Positions 18,116-26,917 are shown, counted from the first letter of the stretch. The stretch is DNA of 64,000 nucleotides from Desulfovibrio sp. (GCF_034006445.1 NZ_JAVESS010000010.1:28933-92932), one strand, 5' to 3'. Notes: a model not told the origin generated them from the sequence alone. Numbers and translations are program-made.

Positions 18116-19340
18116 GCGCCCTGGCCCCCCTGAAAAGAATGTACAGAAAAACCGGAACCCCGGTGAAGGCGCAGACAATGCCTACAGGCAACAGGGCGGG
18201 GTAGATGATGGACTGGGCCACGAGGTCGGCTGCCAGCAAAAAACACGCGCCAAACAGGGCGGAACCGCCTAGCAGAAAAAAATGTCCGGCGTGGGGAAAG
18301 ATGAGCCGCACCATGTGGGGCGCCACCAGGCCCACAAAGCCGATGACCCCGTAAAAGGCGGTGGCAAAGGCCGCCATAAGCGAGGCCATGAGCAGGGTAG
18401 TGCAGCGCAGCCGCAGCACTGACACGCCCAGAGCCGCCGCCTGGGCGTCGCCCCAGCGCAGGGTGTCATAGTCCAGGTTGCGGCGCAGGGAAAAGACGAG
18501 GCCCGTCAGCAGCACGAGGCCCACCAGCGCGACCTCGCGCCAGCTTCCCCTGCCCAGATCGCCGAAGCTCCAGAAAACGGTGGCGGCCACCTGGCTGTCA
18601 GAGGCGAAAAACTGCAAGGACATGGTGGCGGCCCCAAAGAGGGTGGACAGGGCCACCCCTGCGAGAATAAGCCCCTGCGGCCCCATGCCCCGCACCATGC
18701 TGAAGGCCAGTATGATCAGGGCCGCGCTGAGCGAACCGGCCAGCGCGCCCATGGCCACGGTGCTCAATCCCGCCAGTCCGCCAGCCATGGGCAGAATAAC
18801 CATGGAAAAGCTGGCTCCAAAGGCGGCCCCCTGTGAAAGCCCCAGGGTAAAGGACGAGGCCAGCGGGTTGTTGAGCACATTTTGCAGCATGGTTCCGGTG
18901 AGAGCCAGGGACGCGCCGACAGCCAGGGCGGCGCAGACCTTGGGCAAGCGCAGATGGAGGACAAAATAACGTAAGGATTCGTCGCCGGAAGCGCTGAACA
19001 GGGCGGCCCAGATGTCGGACCACGAGCGTGAAAGCGCACCCATCTTTAGGCCCGCCAGCCCCAGCAGCACGGTCACAACCAGCAGTGCCGCCATTGAGAA
19101 GACGCGCGCGCGGGGGCCATCCCACGGTTGGGAGCAGCAGTCCCCTTTTGGGGCCACAAAAAGCGGGGAGTGCTGGCTGCCGCAATAAGCCTGGCTGCCG
19201 CAGTGGGCGTGCGGGCTGTCGCAGTGGGCCTGGCTGCCGCAGTGGGCATGCGGGCTGTCGCAGTGGGCCTGGCTGCCGCAGTGGGCTTGGGGGTGCTGGG
19301 CCGTGTCACTCTGGCCGCCAGTGGGCACCTTACCGGGCAT
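18108..19340 (-). CDS. FecCD-family ABC permease with His/Cys-repeat N-terminal extension
   Basis: LRLPKV, NNPLAS, GVIGFVGLVAPH, LPVG; N-terminus HCGSQAHCDSPHA repeats; ATG overlaps the upstream stop (ATGCCCGGTAA). Confidence 0.9.
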   Translation of the reverse strand: MPGKVPTGGQSDTAQHPQAHCGSQAHCDSPHAHCGSQAHCDSPHAHCGSQAYCGSQHSPLFVAPKGDCCSQPWDGPRARVFSMAALLVVTVLLGLAGLKMGALSRSWSDIWAALFSASGDESLRYFVLHLRLPKVCAALAVGASLALTGTMLQNVLNNPLASSFTLGLSQGAAFGASFSMVILPMAGGLAGLSTVAMGALAGSLSAALIILAFSMVRGMGPQGLILAGVALSTLFGAATMSLQFFASDSQVAATVFWSFGDLGRGSWREVALVGLVLLTGLVFSLRRNLDYDTLRWGDAQAAALGVSVLRLRCTTLLMASLMAAFATAFYGVIGFVGLVAPHMVRLIFPHAGHFFLLGGSALFGACFLLAADLVAQSIIYPALLPVGIVCAFTGVPVFLYILFRGARAHA

Positions 19341-20409
19341 AGTCCAGCCCCTGTGCGGTCAGTTGCAGTCTGCCCGGCCTGCCGGTGACGCGCACCATGT
19401 CTTCATACAGGGGGAAGCCGTTGAAAAGAATGAATATTTCATCGGCCAGCGCCTCGGGATCAAGGCTGGAATATCTTTGGGGGTAGGCTGCCTTGGCCAT
19501 GAAAAAGGCATTGATATACAGCACTTCAGGATTGTTGAAATAGGCCGTGTGGGGCAGCAGCAGCCAGGTGTTGCCGCTTGTGAGGGCTGTGAGGCGTTCA
19601 TAATACCGCCGTTCGCTGTCCAGCGCCTGGCGTATGAGCGGCAGCCCGTTGCCGTCTATGAAGATCAGGGGCGGGTCGGCCGCCAGCAGAAATTCCCTGT
19701 TGATGAAAAAATGTCCTGATTGGCCCATACCATCGACCATGTTTTTTACGCCCGAAAGCGTGAAGGGCAGAAAGTCGGCGGCCGTGCTTTTGATGTCCTG
19801 GTTGCCCTTGTAGGAAAGCCCGCCCATGTAGGCCTGCACCATCGCTTGTTCAGCCGGGGCGGGCAGGCGTTTGGCCAGATCGCCAATGCCCGTGACCAGT
19901 TCCTGAGCGCGTTCTTCCCTGCCCAGAATGTTTCCGGCAAGGAGGATGGACTCAAAAAAAATCTCGCTGTCAAAGGCGGGCAGCCCCTGACTCAGGGCAA
20001 TGACCGGCACGCGCAGCTTGCGCTGGATCTGGTCAGGTTCTGACGGATCAGTGGAGATGATAAAGACCACATCCGGGTTGAGGGCCACAATACGTTCATA
20101 GTTGGGCACGCGCACGGCCCCGGCCTTGCCGACCACGGGCAGGTCTTTGAAGCGCTCGCGGTTGCAGAGCACATAGGGCTTGGCAATGACGGCCTTGTCG
20201 ATGTCCTCCACGCCCACGATCCTGTCCTGCGCGCCAAGGTAGGTCACAAAGGCCATGCTGCTGCCAAGGGCGATAACGCGCCGCACGTTTTGCGGCTCCG
20301 GCACTTCCACAAGGCGGCCCATGGCGTCGGTGACGGGGCGCGCCCCGGCAGGAGCCGCGCCCGACAGCAGCGCCAGAGCCAGCAGGAGCAGACTCAGCGC
20401 TTTTGCCAT
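19330..20409 (-). CDS. Periplasmic substrate-binding protein (class III)
   Basis: Signal peptide (APAGA-RP), VTDAMGRLVEVP, PNYERIVALNPDVVF, KAAYPQRY. Confidence 0.88.
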   Translation of the reverse strand: MAKALSLLLLALALLSGAAPAGARPVTDAMGRLVEVPEPQNVRRVIALGSSMAFVTYLGAQDRIVGVEDIDKAVIAKPYVLCNRERFKDLPVVGKAGAVRVPNYERIVALNPDVVFIISTDPSEPDQIQRKLRVPVIALSQGLPAFDSEIFFESILLAGNILGREERAQELVTGIGDLAKRLPAPAEQAMVQAYMGGLSYKGNQDIKSTAADFLPFTLSGVKNMVDGMGQSGHFFINREFLLAADPPLIFIDGNGLPLIRQALDSERRYYERLTALTSGNTWLLLPHTAYFNNPEVLYINAFFMAKAAYPQRYSSLDPEALADEIFILFNGFPLYEDMVRVTGRPGRLQLTAQGLDYAR

Positions 20410-21161
20410 ATGATCATCTCGATGACATAGTCCGTGCGTTCCACATACTGGCCTTGTTCATCCTTGAATGTCTCCACGTGCGCTTCCACAAAGCGCGGGT
20501 CGGGTTCCGCGCCGTATTCACGCAGGGTGGTGAGGCAGACGTCCACAAGATCCTCACGGCTTTTTGCCACCACCCACTGGCCCGTGACCGGGATGGCTGT
20601 GTAGGGCACGCCATTGCGGTCAAGCCAGGATCGCATATCCTGGGCATTGTTGAAAATTTTTGGGGCAATGCCGTAGTGCTCGTGCAGGCCCTGCATGACG
20701 TTGGAGAGCATGCGGTCTGAAAAGCCCATAAAAACCACCTTGTCGGCGGCATACTGCATGAGCTTTTCTCTACTTGCGTCGCTTTCAATGGCTGGCGTCA
20801 TTGAGGCAAAAACAACGTCAAAGCGTTCATGGGCAGAAAAGTCATCCCAGCCGGAGCATACGGTGGTAATGTTGGTGATGTGCATGGCCGCGGCGTCTTC
20901 GCGCAGCAGGCGCAGCATCTCGTCGGACACGTCCACCGCCGTGACGTGCTCGCCCATGCGCGCCAGACGCAGGGTGTACATGCCGCTGCCACAGCCCACA
21001 TCCAGAATGCGTTTATTGGTGAAATCCACTCCGTTTTCCATGGCGTGACGAAGCATCTTGGCCTCGTAGGTATGATCGCCTTCCTCAAAGCGCGGGAAGG
21101 TGCGCGAGCGGGCATTCCAGAATTCACGCTGCTTTTGCTGTTTTTCGTCTACAGTTCCCAT
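20394..21161 (-). CDS. Class I SAM-dependent methyltransferase 2
   Basis: ILDVGCGSG, AVDVSDEML; N-terminal FWNARSRTF; overlaps both neighbours. Confidence 0.88.
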   Translation of the reverse strand: MGTVDEKQQKQREFWNARSRTFPRFEEGDHTYEAKMLRHAMENGVDFTNKRILDVGCGSGMYTLRLARMGEHVTAVDVSDEMLRLLREDAAAMHITNITTVCSGWDDFSAHERFDVVFASMTPAIESDASREKLMQYAADKVVFMGFSDRMLSNVMQGLHEHYGIAPKIFNNAQDMRSWLDRNGVPYTAIPVTGQWVVAKSREDLVDVCLTTLREYGAEPDPRFVEAHVETFKDEQGQYVERTDYVIEMIIWQKR

Positions 21162-23359
21162 TTGATGCTGACCCCCGCGTTGATTCCCAGTGCCGGGTAT
21201 CCCCAGGCTTCTTCATACTGGGTGTTGGTTATGTTGTCCGCATAGGCTTCAAGAGTAAGGTGTTCGTCAACCCTGTAGCTGAGGCTTGCGCCAAGGGTGG
21301 CGTAGTCGTGCAGCGTGCCCTTACGCAACTGGGCCGTATTGACGTAGTAGTTGCGTTGCCCCACATAGGTCAGCACGGCGTCAAGGGTGAACTGTTCGTT
21401 GATTTTCCAGGTGGTTCCAAGGGTTCCCTTCCAGTCGGGGATGTATTCCAGCCTGTCCAGCACGCCGTTGGGGTCGGCAGGGTCATTGGTTTTTTTGCTG
21501 TCCTGCCTGGTGATGGCGGCGTTGACCGTCACAGTGTCCAGCAAATCATAGCTGCCGCTCAGGGTGGCCCCGTATATTTCGGCGTCGATATTGTAGGCGG
21601 CCCAGGCCTGGTAGCTCGGCGACCGGTTAACGTAGACAGGTTTGTGAACGATGTAGTCCTGAACGGTGTAGTAAAAGCCGGAAAGCTTGAGAAAACCCTT
21701 GCCCCCGAAGCTGTATTTATAGGCAGCGTCAATGCCGCGCGCGGTTTCGGGCTTTATGTCCTTGCCCACCAGATAGGGCACGTTGACCGTGGCGTCCCGC
21801 GATGATGCCTGCGAGTTCCAGTACAGTTCCGGGATGGTGGGGGTTCTGTAATTCTGGTACAGCGCAAGGGAGGCGGACTGGTGTTCGGTAAAGTCATACG
21901 TGAGCATGATCTTTGGGGAAAGCTGCGAGTTTAAAAGATGTTTGTCCTGACCTTCAGGGCTGTAGCTGAAACTGTCGTAGCGCAGGCCCATATCAAGACG
22001 CAGGCTGTCGGTGATGGAGAACTTGTCGGCCAGAAAGGCACCCGTGACCGTGGCGGGCCTGCCTGCTTCTGCGGAGTCCATCTTGCCCGTCCACTTGTTG
22101 GCCCCGGCCTTGTTGTAGTTTTCGTCCACATATTCAACGGTGATGGGGCCGGGGGTCAGCCTTTTGTATTCAACACCCGTCATGAGCTCGTGGCCATGAA
22201 CGGTGACGCCCGTTTTGAACTTGAAGCCGTAGGTATTGTCCACAATGACGTTACGGTCCAGTACGAGGTCGCCGTTTCTTGTTTGGGAGGGATTAAAGTC
22301 TCTGGGATTCGTTGTTTTTAACTGCATGCGGGCGTCAACGTCCGCATAGTTTTTTTCACGGCGGCTTTCGCTGTTCTTGAAACCGGAGACTTCAAAGTAG
22401 GCGGTTTCAAGAAACTCCTGCCGATAGGTGAAATCCATAAGGTGGCGGTACTTGGTCCAGTGCGCGCCGTCGCCGATAACCGTCATGGAAGGCGTGGGCG
22501 AACCACCGGCAAAGCTTTCGCCGCTGGCTGTTGGGTAGTTGGAGTCAATGGCGGAACTGAAGCCGGGCACATCCGGATTGGCGTCGCTGGCGGGGTTGCC
22601 GTCGTTTCTGTTGCTGCGGATAAGCCCGCGCCGGGTCTGGCTGTAGTTGTACCCCAGGGTGAGTTCTGCCCGCCAGGGCAGGTCGATGTAGAGCTTGGGG
22701 TTGAAGTGGAAGGAGTCGTAGTCGTTGTTGCGCAAAAAGGGGTCGGCGTGCTGATGGCTCAGGCCCACGCTGAGGCCGATGGCGTTGAACTTCTGGGCAT
22801 AGCTGCCGCGCACGTTGTGAAAATCGTAAAAGTCCTTCCAGCCGCCCATGGTGGCGTAAGCGCTGAAATGGGGCTGCTCCGTGGGCCGACGGGTATAGGC
22901 GTTGATGACCCCGCCAAGGGCGCTGTTGCCGTATTCAACCGAACTGCCGCCCTTGATGACCTCAATCTTCTCGATATTGTCCAGCGGGATGGTGCCAAAG
23001 TCGATATAGTTGCCGCCGGACATGCCCGTGGAACTGATATCACGCCCATCAAGGTTGAGCATGATTCTTTTGGATTCCATGCCCCGTATGGAAATGATGT
23101 CGCTGCTGTCTCCCATGGCGGCCTTGCGCTTGAAGGATATTTCAGGGTCGCGCACCAGGTAGTCGGCCACGTTGTTGCTGCGGTTTTTTTCCACAACAAT
23201 GGCGGTTGTTCTGTCCAGATTGTCTTCTTCCATACGTCCGGTAACCTTTATGGGATCCAGAACAAAGACATCCTGCATGAGGTTGTCGGAACCGGCCGCG
23301 ATCCCCGCTCGGGGAAAGGCCATAACTGCCAGCAAGCACAGACTGAGAACAAGTTTCAT
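21149..23359 (-). CDS. TonB-dependent outer-membrane receptor 2
   Basis: Start moved to MKLVLSL (GGAG 7 nt upstream); plug ISIRG, IEKIEVIKGGSSVEYGNSALGGVIN; C-terminal DNITN...GVSIKWEL. Confidence 0.9.
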   Translation of the reverse strand: MKLVLSLCLLAVMAFPRAGIAAGSDNLMQDVFVLDPIKVTGRMEEDNLDRTTAIVVEKNRSNNVADYLVRDPEISFKRKAAMGDSSDIISIRGMESKRIMLNLDGRDISSTGMSGGNYIDFGTIPLDNIEKIEVIKGGSSVEYGNSALGGVINAYTRRPTEQPHFSAYATMGGWKDFYDFHNVRGSYAQKFNAIGLSVGLSHQHADPFLRNNDYDSFHFNPKLYIDLPWRAELTLGYNYSQTRRGLIRSNRNDGNPASDANPDVPGFSSAIDSNYPTASGESFAGGSPTPSMTVIGDGAHWTKYRHLMDFTYRQEFLETAYFEVSGFKNSESRREKNYADVDARMQLKTTNPRDFNPSQTRNGDLVLDRNVIVDNTYGFKFKTGVTVHGHELMTGVEYKRLTPGPITVEYVDENYNKAGANKWTGKMDSAEAGRPATVTGAFLADKFSITDSLRLDMGLRYDSFSYSPEGQDKHLLNSQLSPKIMLTYDFTEHQSASLALYQNYRTPTIPELYWNSQASSRDATVNVPYLVGKDIKPETARGIDAAYKYSFGGKGFLKLSGFYYTVQDYIVHKPVYVNRSPSYQAWAAYNIDAEIYGATLSGSYDLLDTVTVNAAITRQDSKKTNDPADPNGVLDRLEYIPDWKGTLGTTWKINEQFTLDAVLTYVGQRNYYVNTAQLRKGTLHDYATLGASLSYRVDEHLTLEAYADNITNTQYEEAWGYPALGINAGVSIKWEL

Positions 23360-23483
23360 GCGTACTCCGGAGCGGCGCCTGTGCTGAAGGTTGGTGTCAG
23401 TCCTGCGCATGTGATGTTTTTTAAAAAAGTGCTACTGTCTGATGGAAAAAAGGCTGCTCGCGGCAGCCTTTTGCCTTTTTTTG

Positions 23484-24020
23484 TTACCAGCGCCGGTGGT
23501 ATGTATGCTGGCAGTCCAGGCAGACCTTTTTGCCGTCCTCAAGGCGCAGCATGGGTTCCGCCACGCCCTCGCCGCAGACTTCGCAGGCTATGGTGGAAAA
23601 AATGCGGGGAGCTTCAGGGATTGCATAGTCCGGGGCCGCCGCGCTGAATAGTTTTTCAAGCGGCATGTCCATAAGGGTTTGCTGCCATTCATCCCTGCTG
23701 GCCTGTTCGCTTTTATTGACCTGCAGGCACAGGCGCAAGGACGCGCCGCTTTCGCGGTCAAAAAAGGAATAGGCGTGTTTGCCGCGCGGGCGCGCCACAA
23801 GATTGCCCTTGCCAGCCGAACAGCCGAGCAGGCTTTGAATGGCGTCCACACCGCAGGCGTCGTTTTCTGTAACGCAAACAAGCTTGCCGTAGGCGGCCTG
23901 CCCAAGCACGGGGTGGGCCATCACAGCCTCCACGGCGCGCAAACCGATGACAAGGCCGGGGCAAAGATGCCCGTGAAAGGTTACGGCCCTGTTGAGCCTG
24001 TCCGAAGCTGATTGGTCCAT
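23484..24020 (-). CDS. FmdE-family protein 2 with C-terminal C4 zinc finger
   Basis: FHGHLCPGLVIG, ENDACGVDA, CSAGKGNL, CEVCGE...VCLDC; start moved to MDQSA. Confidence 0.88.
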   Translation of the reverse strand: MDQSASDRLNRAVTFHGHLCPGLVIGLRAVEAVMAHPVLGQAAYGKLVCVTENDACGVDAIQSLLGCSAGKGNLVARPRGKHAYSFFDRESGASLRLCLQVNKSEQASRDEWQQTLMDMPLEKLFSAAAPDYAIPEAPRIFSTIACEVCGEGVAEPMLRLEDGKKVCLDCQHTYHRRW

Positions 24021-24187
24021 GATGCCCCCCTGCATGCAGCCTGACTCTGCATGCCAGTTTCCGCATAGCTGTTTGCTTTTGCATGGCAGTTTGGCCACGC
24101 CTTCCCGTGCGCGGCCTACCCCGGTCATCCCTGCCCAGCGGCATTGTCGCCGTGTGGATACGACGGTACGGCTTTGGGCAATTCATA

Positions 24188-24214
24188 GTAACACAATTTG
24201 AATTATCGTAACAC
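24188..24214 (-). promoter_or_regulatory. NikR-type operator GTGTTAC-N13-GTGTTAC
   Basis: Minus strand gtgttacgataattcaaattgtgttac; half-site and spacing match the deltaproteobacterial NikR site as I recall it; overlaps the -10 box. Confidence 0.65.
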
Positions 24215-24233
24215 GTAAGGCTAAGCTTGGCAA
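24205..24233 (-). promoter_or_regulatory. Sigma70 promoter of the fmdE2-receptor 2 operon
   Basis: TTGCCA-N17-TACGAT on the minus strand. Confidence 0.7.
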
Positions 24234-24387
24234 GAAGTCTGCGCTTGTTTGCCATGCACGTTGGCGACGCACGCAGGCAGCAGGATTTGGCAGTGGCAGG
24301 GCAAGGGCCGTGTGTGTTGCAACGCTTTGTGGGGAGGGCGGGTTGTTCTGTCAGTAAAGAGCAGGGCGGGCAGCGGTGGACGTGCTG

Positions 24388-24515
24388 TAGAGCAGTTTAC
24401 GAATGAAATGAGTTAAATGCTCTGCAAGGATTTTTCTAAAAAATCCTTGCCACGAAATGCGAGCAGGCGGGCTTTTGCCTGCCGTACGCGAGCATTTCAA
24501 GTGTTAAATGCTCTA
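24388..24515. mobile_element. MITE/ERIC-like element, family B copy 2 (inverted)
   Basis: Reverse complement of 6774-6901; TAGAGCA...TGCTCTA. Confidence 0.88.
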
Positions 24516-24546
24516 GAATGGCAGGTGCGGCCTTGCGCAAAAGAAT

Positions 24547-24576
24547 GAAAAAAGCCCGGAGGGGGCCTCCGGGCTT
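24547..24576 (-). terminator. Rho-independent terminator of the TPR operon
   Basis: AAGCCCGGAGG-ggg-CCTCCGGGCTT stem followed by T6 on the minus strand. Confidence 0.8.
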
Positions 24577-24619
24577 GTGATTTGCGCGAAAAGAAGAATC
24601 AGCGTTTCCAACTGGCTCT

Positions 24620-25246
24620 TTAGCCGGCGTTTTCCTTGAGCTCTTGCATGAATCCTTCGGGCACTTCAAAGCCGAGCTTTTGGGCTGTTTCCGCCGCTTC
24701 TTTGGCCTTGGCATGCTCGCCCTGGTCAAAATAGGCCAGCGCAAGGTTGTTCCAGGCAGGGGCAAAGGCGGGTTCTTTTTTGATGATGGCCAGGCACTGT
24801 TCTTCGCAGGCCTTGTAGTTGCCCTTCATGAAATAGGCCGTGGCCAGGGCGTTTTGCGCCTGCACAAAGTTGGGGTCCCACTTGAGGGCCTTGTTCAGGG
24901 CGGTGATGGCCTTGTCGGGTTCGCCGCGCTGCAGGTGTACAAAGGCGATATTGCCCCACGGCACGGGGAACTTGGCGCGGCAGTTGGCGGCTTCTTCATT
25001 GTAGCGCAGGCAGCCGTCAAGGTCGCCGCGTTCAAGGCAGATGCCGCCAAGCTGCACGTAGGCCTCGGCCAGGTGCGGCGAATTGCGCACGGCCTCCAGA
25101 AAGGATTCTTCGGCGGCCACAAAGTCGCGCTTGCTCAAAAGGGCCAGGCCCAGATTATAGTGATGGTTGGCGCATTGCTCATTTCCGGCAATTTCCGCCT
25201 TGAGGTCTGCAATATACTCGTCCAGATCGTCGTAGCGAGCTTTCAT
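24620..25246 (-). CDS. Tetratricopeptide-repeat protein
   Basis: Repeated TPR patterns (HYNLGLAL, AYVQLGGI, AQNALATAY, AWNNLALAY). Confidence 0.88.
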   Translation of the reverse strand: MKARYDDLDEYIADLKAEIAGNEQCANHHYNLGLALLSKRDFVAAEESFLEAVRNSPHLAEAYVQLGGICLERGDLDGCLRYNEEAANCRAKFPVPWGNIAFVHLQRGEPDKAITALNKALKWDPNFVQAQNALATAYFMKGNYKACEEQCLAIIKKEPAFAPAWNNLALAYFDQGEHAKAKEAAETAQKLGFEVPEGFMQELKENAG

Positions 25247-25635
25247 TGGATGTGTCCTTCTTTTTTCAAAAGATCATGGTACCAGCGGCAAAAGTCGAAA
25301 ATGCCCATGTATTTTTCGTCTTTATTGATGACGCCCAAAGCGCATTCCATAGCGCCCTTGCTGTAAGCCTTGCCGTACGGCCCGTTCTTGGCCGTATCGC
25401 GCAGAAATTCGTTGATAAGCTGTTGCGTGGTGCGCTTTGAGATGTCCGTGCGCAAATCAAGAGGATCATTGGGTTTCTGGAAAGGATCCCAGTTTTCATA
25501 GCCCAGGCGGTCCACAAATTTGCGGCGACGCGGATTCATGCGGTCATAAATCTCGCGCTTGAGCTTTTCCTGCTCTTCGTTCAGTTCTTGCGGCGTGCCG
25601 TCCCGAAAGACGGTGGCGGGTATGCTGCCGTACAT
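25243..25635 (-). CDS. Conserved hypothetical protein
   Basis: Start MYGSIP after AAGGAG; ATGA overlap with the TPR gene. Confidence 0.7.
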   Translation of the reverse strand: MYGSIPATVFRDGTPQELNEEQEKLKREIYDRMNPRRRKFVDRLGYENWDPFQKPNDPLDLRTDISKRTTQQLINEFLRDTAKNGPYGKAYSKGAMECALGVINKDEKYMGIFDFCRWYHDLLKKEGHIQ

Positions 25636-25753
25636 GCCGTACTCCTTGCTGTGCGCCAAAAACGTCTGTGGGCGTGCCGTTCCGGTTTGTGCCGGATTCG
25701 CCGCAGCCACGCCCGCGCGCACGGCGGTTGCGGCTGATATTGCCAGCGGCGGC

Positions 25754-26428
25754 CTAATCTTCTTTCTTGGCGGGGCCTATGCCAAGGTACGCCTCGTCAT
25801 AGCGGGTCAGCAGCGCCATGGACAGCGGCACATAGACTTCATGCAGTTCCTTGAAGCGCGACTTGGCGGCAGTGGCAATTTCCTTGCTCAGATCTTCAAG
25901 CCTGGCCTGCATCTTGTCCATATGCACCGTGGGGTAGGAACGGCCCTTTTCAAAAGCCGAGAACCCGCATACGTGCCCCTGGCCGCCAATGGCCGTGGGC
26001 ACGCCGTAAAGCCGACAGGTGATGGGTCTGGCTTCATACAAAAGGCAGCGATCTTCATCGTCCAGCAGCGGACAGCGCATCTTGACTTTGGCGGCCACGG
26101 ACATGATGGCTTCGGGGCTTTCGCCGTCTTTCTCAGCGCGGTACAGTTCGCGCTTGAGGCGGGTGATGTGGCGATCCAGTTCAGAAGCGCGCTCCAGAAT
26201 GGCCGAGCGTTCGGGCCCGTAATTGAAAGCTTTTTCAAAGGCCCTGTGAATATACATGGCCTCCACCAGCGAAAGGTCGAACATGGCGTGGCAGCAGTCG
26301 CTACAGCCTTCTTTACAGGTCACGCACTGCGGACATGCCTCCCGTACCCGGTCAAAGAGGGTGTCGGCCTCAGCCCGCAGGTTTTCATAACGGGCGAAAA
26401 TGTCGGTCAGATCAGGGATCATGGTCAT
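25754..26428 (-). CDS. YkgJ-family cysteine-cluster (Zn/Fe-S) protein
   Basis: CKEGCSDCC, CPLLDDEDRCLLYEARPITCR motifs. Confidence 0.85.
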   Translation of the reverse strand: MTMIPDLTDIFARYENLRAEADTLFDRVREACPQCVTCKEGCSDCCHAMFDLSLVEAMYIHRAFEKAFNYGPERSAILERASELDRHITRLKRELYRAEKDGESPEAIMSVAAKVKMRCPLLDDEDRCLLYEARPITCRLYGVPTAIGGQGHVCGFSAFEKGRSYPTVHMDKMQARLEDLSKEIATAAKSRFKELHEVYVPLSMALLTRYDEAYLGIGPAKKED

Positions 26429-26728
26429 CCTGTGGCTGTGCGGAGGGCGCGTACGGCCGTCCGGCAAATGTGCGGCAGGGCGCAGGCGGAAGGTGTGAAC
26501 CTTGTTTTTGCGGGCGTTCTGGCCAGGCCTGAACACAAAGCCCACAAGGCGTATCCGGTCGCGCCCGGCGTAGTGTACGGGATTTCAAGGCTGGTTGTGA
26601 TCCGCAGGGAAAAACCCCGCGTTTCGCCTTGTATGTAAGTGCCGCCTGGCGCTCGTGCGTCGGGCGGCACAACACTCAGTCTGTGACTGGGTCAGCAATG
26701 GAATGCCAAACGGCCTTCCACCATTACC

Positions 26729-26917
26729 TTAGTTTTCTTCAATGGTAATGGCGCTGACTTCACAGACTTCGACACAGGATTCACAGCCGAGGCATTCTTC
26801 AGCGTTCACCGGTTCGGACTTACCGTCCTTGATTTCATAAACTTCAACGGGGCAAACATCCACGCATTCGCCACAGCCGATGCACTTGTCCACGTCAACA
26901 TTCACATTGTAACCCAT
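26729..26917 (-). CDS. Ferredoxin, 2x[4Fe-4S]-type
   Basis: CIGCGECVDVCP and CLGCESCVEVC; RBS GGAGG; 62 aa. Confidence 0.93.
   Translation of the reverse strand: MGYNVNVDVDKCIGCGECVDVCPVEVYEIKDGKSEPVNAEECLGCESCVEVCEVSAITIEEN

Noticed and set aside
24436-24765. Small ORFs with EHLTLEMLAYGRQKP (also 32851-33072)
   Set aside because: Read-through of family B repeat DNA, not conserved proteins
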